Shown piece by piece: positions 24,740-28,030 of a DNA stretch of 28,030 bases. Within the stretch, counting starts at the first letter, position 1. Every line of letters begins with the position of its first letter. The translations under genes and the position numbers were made by a program. The stretch spans positions 1-28,030 of the forward strand of contig JAFDGP010000003.1 in assembly GCA_019309245.1 (NCBI GenBank), given 5' to 3'. The notes beneath the pieces were generated by a model that saw only the letters and a program-made list of their open reading frames with translations, did no database searches and was not told the DNA's origin. The DNA is from Deltaproteobacteria bacterium. GTDB taxonomy: Bacteria > Desulfobacterota > Desulfobacteria > Desulfobacterales > C00003060.

Positions 24740-26176
24740 ATGATGTCAAAAAAGAGGCTCGCATATCTTGGTGGAATCTATTCGATCGGCTCATTGTTTG
24801 AGAACAGCCTTGCGTTTTTTTTCATCCCCATCTACACGGCCTATCTTGGTACTACGGATTATGGGATTATCGGCCTGATGTCAGTGGCTGTGGGGTTGAT
24901 GTCAAAATTAATCGCTCCTCCGGTCATCAGCGGGTTTTCCCGACACTATCATGCCCCGGAATATATGGAGAAAAAGGGTCTTGTCTTGTTCAACAGCTTC
25001 TTGTTTTTGGTTGCTGGAGCGCTTTTTCTTGCCATCGTTCTTTATCAGGCCAAAGGCTCGGTGAGTGCGATTGTTCTGGACGATCCTGCTCTTGAACATA
25101 TTGTTGAGACCTATGCAGCGATCCTGTTCTTCTTGCCCCTTTCAGAGTTTATGCTGGCCCTGTTGAGGCTGGAGGAACGGGCGGGATTGTTTGTTGGAAT
25201 CTCGTGGCTAGCGCTCATTTACGGGCAACTGGCCGGCCTTGGGTTCACGGTCTTGTGTGTTTTTCCCGTATTGTGGCGTCGTTGCGTGCCAAGGCTTTCA
25301 TTGATGGTTTTAGCGCCTTTACTCCGGTACGGTTACCCGATGATCCTGCAAGGATTTGCAGTCCTGCTTATTCAGAGCGGTGACCGATATGTACTCAGAA
25401 TGTTTTCCAGTGTAGCCGTTGTCGGGTTGTATAGTTTTGGGTACAAGTTTGCCGGTGTGATGAACATTGTCATGGTCGCACCTCTTAAATACGCCCTCCA
25501 ACCGATCGTTTTAAAGCAGGAAGCAACGCCGGCCAGGCTCAGGGCGTTTGTCAGCACCAGCTGCACCTATTGTTACCTGGCGGGAACGCTATTGTGGCTG
25601 GCGGTTACGCTGTTTGGAAAGGATGCCCTGAATCTCATGGCCAGGTCTGCCGAGTTTCGCAAAGCCTGGGTTGTTGTGCCGATCATTGCCTTTTGTCTTT
25701 TGCAACACGGCATGGGAAATTTCTTCAACTGGGGCCTCACCATGGCAAAAAAACCCTACCATATCAGCGTAAATGTGGCAATCGCAGCTGGGGTCAACAT
25801 TGCGTTAAATTTCGTTCTGGTTCCCGTTTTGGGAATCATTGGGGCCGCAGTCGCAACACTGATATCATATGTGATCTGGAACGGATTGAAGATTCACTAT
25901 TCTGCGAAATTCTACGATTTGCATTTTGAAATCGGACGCATTTTACATATCACGCTGATTGGTCTCTCATTGTATGCCCTTTCCATGGTGGCTGCGTCCA
26001 CCGCGTCGTCTTTGTTGAATATCCTGGTGAGGATCGTCATTATCTTGGCCTATTTGCCGGTGTGTTTCCTTACTGGTTTTTTTTCTGTCGAGGAAAAAGC
26101 GTATTTCCGAGAGTTCGCAGAATTGGTGCGGCGCTGCGGGTTGAAGCAGGCCATTGTCAAACATCAAGGCCTCTGA
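24740..26176 (+). CDS. Wzx-like oligosaccharide flippase (polysaccharide biosynthesis / MOP family)
   Basis: GGIYSIGS...FFFIPIYTAYLGTTDYG, LLRYGYPM, SGDRYVL, VGLYSFGYKF and NIALNFVLVPVLGIIGAAVATLISY. ATG 24740 is preferred over track GTG 24671. Confidence 0.9.
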   Translation: MMSKKRLAYLGGIYSIGSLFENSLAFFFIPIYTAYLGTTDYGIIGLMSVAVGLMSKLIAPPVISGFSRHYHAPEYMEKKGLVLFNSFLFLVAGALFLAIVLYQAKGSVSAIVLDDPALEHIVETYAAILFFLPLSEFMLALLRLEERAGLFVGISWLALIYGQLAGLGFTVLCVFPVLWRRCVPRLSLMVLAPLLRYGYPMILQGFAVLLIQSGDRYVLRMFSSVAVVGLYSFGYKFAGVMNIVMVAPLKYALQPIVLKQEATPARLRAFVSTSCTYCYLAGTLLWLAVTLFGKDALNLMARSAEFRKAWVVVPIIAFCLLQHGMGNFFNWGLTMAKKPYHISVNVAIAAGVNIALNFVLVPVLGIIGAAVATLISYVIWNGLKIHYSAKFYDLHFEIGRILHITLIGLSLYALSMVAASTASSLLNILVRIVIILAYLPVCFLTGFFSVEEKAYFREFAELVRRCGLKQAIVKHQGL

Positions 26177-26178
26177 AA

Positions 26179-27225
26179 ATGAAGCAAGTCGCTTTTCTAT
26201 GTTACATAAACCGGTCCGGTTCAACGTTTTTGGCCAAGTTGCTGGATGAATACGCGCAAATCGGCGTAACCCCGGAGGCCCGAATTCCCGACGGTATCGC
26301 CTATGGTGGGCCGGTACGGCTTAACGGCAGATCCGATCTGGAGAGGTTTATGGATCGCCTGTATGCTGACTATAAGTTTCGGGCTTGGGGGATCTACCGG
26401 GACCGGTTGAAAGAACGAATTTCCAAGCAGGGGTTTCCCGTGGCAGCACCCGTATTGTTGCCGGTGATTTTGTCGTGCTATTTTAAAGAGAGTTTGCCAC
26501 ACACGGTAATATACAAATGTTCGTATATCCGGCATTTGGAGGCCGCCTCCAAGGTGTTCCCGGAGGCAAAATTTATTGTTCTTATCAGAGATCTTCGGGC
26601 GGTATATAGTTCTCAAAAAAGATCCATCGACAGTACGAGCGGCAGACCCATGGCCGATAATCCCGTCACTCTGGCGGCTCTTTACAATCAGATTCAGGGG
26701 GCTATTGAAAGGTTAGGAACACGGGCTCACATTTGTGTTGTACGATATGAAGACCTTGTGGCGGATACCGAACAAACATTAAAACGGTTGCTCAAATTTT
26801 TGGGTGTAGATCCCAAGAAGACGAAGGTAGGCACAGGCACAGACTATGTAGATAAGATTGTACCCGAACAGAAGCACCTGCATTCGCATGTCACGTCTCC
26901 ACCTATACCACAGAGAATTGATGCATGGAGGCACGAACTGAGCCGGCCGGAAATCCTGACCCTTCAAAAGGTGTCTCAGGATCAGCTGATAAAAAATGGA
27001 TATGCCTTGATCCCGATGGGGGACTGGGGCTTTTTAGATCATATCTTCTATGGCTGGCAGTGGATTAGACATTATAGCCGGTTCTTGAGGCAGCTGGGCG
27101 TTGCGGTCAGGATGGCCTGGCATGAATCCAATGGGTTAAAGCGCGGCCGAGTGGATCTGATCGCCCCGAACCTTTGGCGTAACCTTTGTGCCGTGGGTCG
27201 GCGGTTGCGTCCGGGAGGCAGATGA
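26179..27225 (+). CDS. Sulfotransferase family protein (Sulfotransfer_3-like)
   Basis: NRSGSTFL (5'-PSB), FPEAKFIVLIRDLRAVYSS (3'-PB) and VRYEDLV. ATG 26179 lies 2 nt after the flippase stop. Confidence 0.88.
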   Translation: MKQVAFLCYINRSGSTFLAKLLDEYAQIGVTPEARIPDGIAYGGPVRLNGRSDLERFMDRLYADYKFRAWGIYRDRLKERISKQGFPVAAPVLLPVILSCYFKESLPHTVIYKCSYIRHLEAASKVFPEAKFIVLIRDLRAVYSSQKRSIDSTSGRPMADNPVTLAALYNQIQGAIERLGTRAHICVVRYEDLVADTEQTLKRLLKFLGVDPKKTKVGTGTDYVDKIVPEQKHLHSHVTSPPIPQRIDAWRHELSRPEILTLQKVSQDQLIKNGYALIPMGDWGFLDHIFYGWQWIRHYSRFLRQLGVAVRMAWHESNGLKRGRVDLIAPNLWRNLCAVGRRLRPGGR

Positions 27226-27243
27226 GTCGATTTGTTATGCCGA

Positions 27244-28030
27244 TCAGGTATGTGCCAGGCCCAGGGAAAAAAAGACCCCACGCCATTGCTGTGCTACTCT
27301 CTCACATGTGCTTTTTGAAAGAAGCTCTGCGGCCGCCGCACGGGCCTTTTCGGACATACTCAGACGCAGTGACCGGTCCTGGAGCAACCGATGCACGGCC
27401 GCCGTTGCCGAGCGAACATCGCCGGTATTAACAAGAAAGCCATTGTCTCCGTGCTTGACCAGATCGGGGATGTCGCCGACCTTAGTTGAGACCACAGGTA
27501 CACCGGCAGCCATGGCCTCGACGAGAACCATCGGCAGCCCTTCCCAGCGGCTGGTCAGCAAGAAAACCCGGGCTTGGGCGTAGTGTCTGTCCAGGGGCTC
27601 TCCATAAAGGGGGCCTGTAAATTCGACGTCGCTATCAATGCCCAATCGTTCGGTCAAGCGACGGATGTGGCAATTGGGCTTGTCGCCGACCATGACTGCC
27701 CTGACTTTTCCTCTGTGGCGCTTCACCTCCGCCACAGTTTTAAGCCATGCGCCGATATTTTTGTAGCCTGCCAGAAACCCAACGTACAATATGTCGATGG
27801 ATTTCGGCACAGCGGCCACGGGACGTGGTGGCTCCCAGACGTTTTGAGGCACGAACAGGATCTTGTTTGATCCGTGTGTTTTGGAAAACTGATTGAGCGT
27901 GGTGTGTCCTCGAAAGCCGATTGCCTGTGCTTTCCGAAGGGCCCACCTGCACAAAGGGTTCTTTTCGATCCATGCCGGGTCCGTAATGGTCAGCTGTACA
28001 ACGGGCCTGCTTCCCAACAGCCCGGCCACC
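27244..28030 (-). CDS. GT4 (GT-B, group 1) glycosyltransferase, 5' part beyond the window
   Basis: ILYVGFL...KN, VEFTG, LLTSRWEGLPMVLVEAMAAGVPVVST (E-x7-E) and DNGFLV. Confidence 0.92.
   Translation of the reverse strand, partial: VAGLLGSRPVVQLTITDPAWIEKNPLCRWALRKAQAIGFRGHTTLNQFSKTHGSNKILFVPQNVWEPPRPVAAVPKSIDILYVGFLAGYKNIGAWLKTVAEVKRHRGKVRAVMVGDKPNCHIRRLTERLGIDSDVEFTGPLYGEPLDRHYAQARVFLLTSRWEGLPMVLVEAMAAGVPVVSTKVGDIPDLVKHGDNGFLVNTGDVRSATAAVHRLLQDRSLRLSMSEKARAAAAELLSKSTCERVAQQWRGVFFSLGLAHT

Noticed and set aside
1-28030. CRISPR arrays, tRNA/rRNA, transposases, integrases
   Set aside because: No regularly spaced repeats, RNA gene signatures or recombinase/transposase motifs were seen. Intergenic gaps are short.

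Overview
A 28 kb bacterial window whose gene content and sigma54 regulation suggest a deltaproteobacterium/Desulfobacterota-like organism (inference). It has three blocks. (1) 1-10.3 kb, + strand: a GH130 phosphorylase, then an acetate/carboxylate utilisation locus. This locus has a near-consensus sigma54 promoter driving acs, a long Na+/solute symporter and a TPR lipoprotein, then a cNMP-CBS-DUF294 nucleotidyltransferase-like protein, a histidine kinase with no sensor domain and an NtrC-type sigma54 activator. (2) 10.3-12.0 kb, - strand: a stand-alone TrpB2 followed by a small Cys-rich protein. (3) 12.5-27.2 kb, + strand: a surface-glycan operon headed by a winged-helix regulator fused to a catalytically degenerate nucleotidyltransferase fold, with an inverted repeat over its promoter. 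The operon encodes an SDR epimerase, DegT aminotransferase, AsnB-like amidotransferase, metallophosphoesterase, ATP-grasp enzyme, Zn/SAM methyltransferase, deacetylase-like protein, an unknown dehydrogenase-like protein, two sulfotransferases, a GT-C-like membrane protein and a Wzx-like flippase, but no recognisable soluble glycosyltransferase. A partial GT4 gene converges from the right edge. I saw no rRNA, tRNA, CRISPR array or mobile element. The best leads are the wHTH/pseudo-nucleotidyltransferase regulator with its operator, a possible split transporter-kinase acetate-sensing circuit, and the tailoring-rich sulfated glycan pathway. All family calls come from motif recognition by eye, not database searches.
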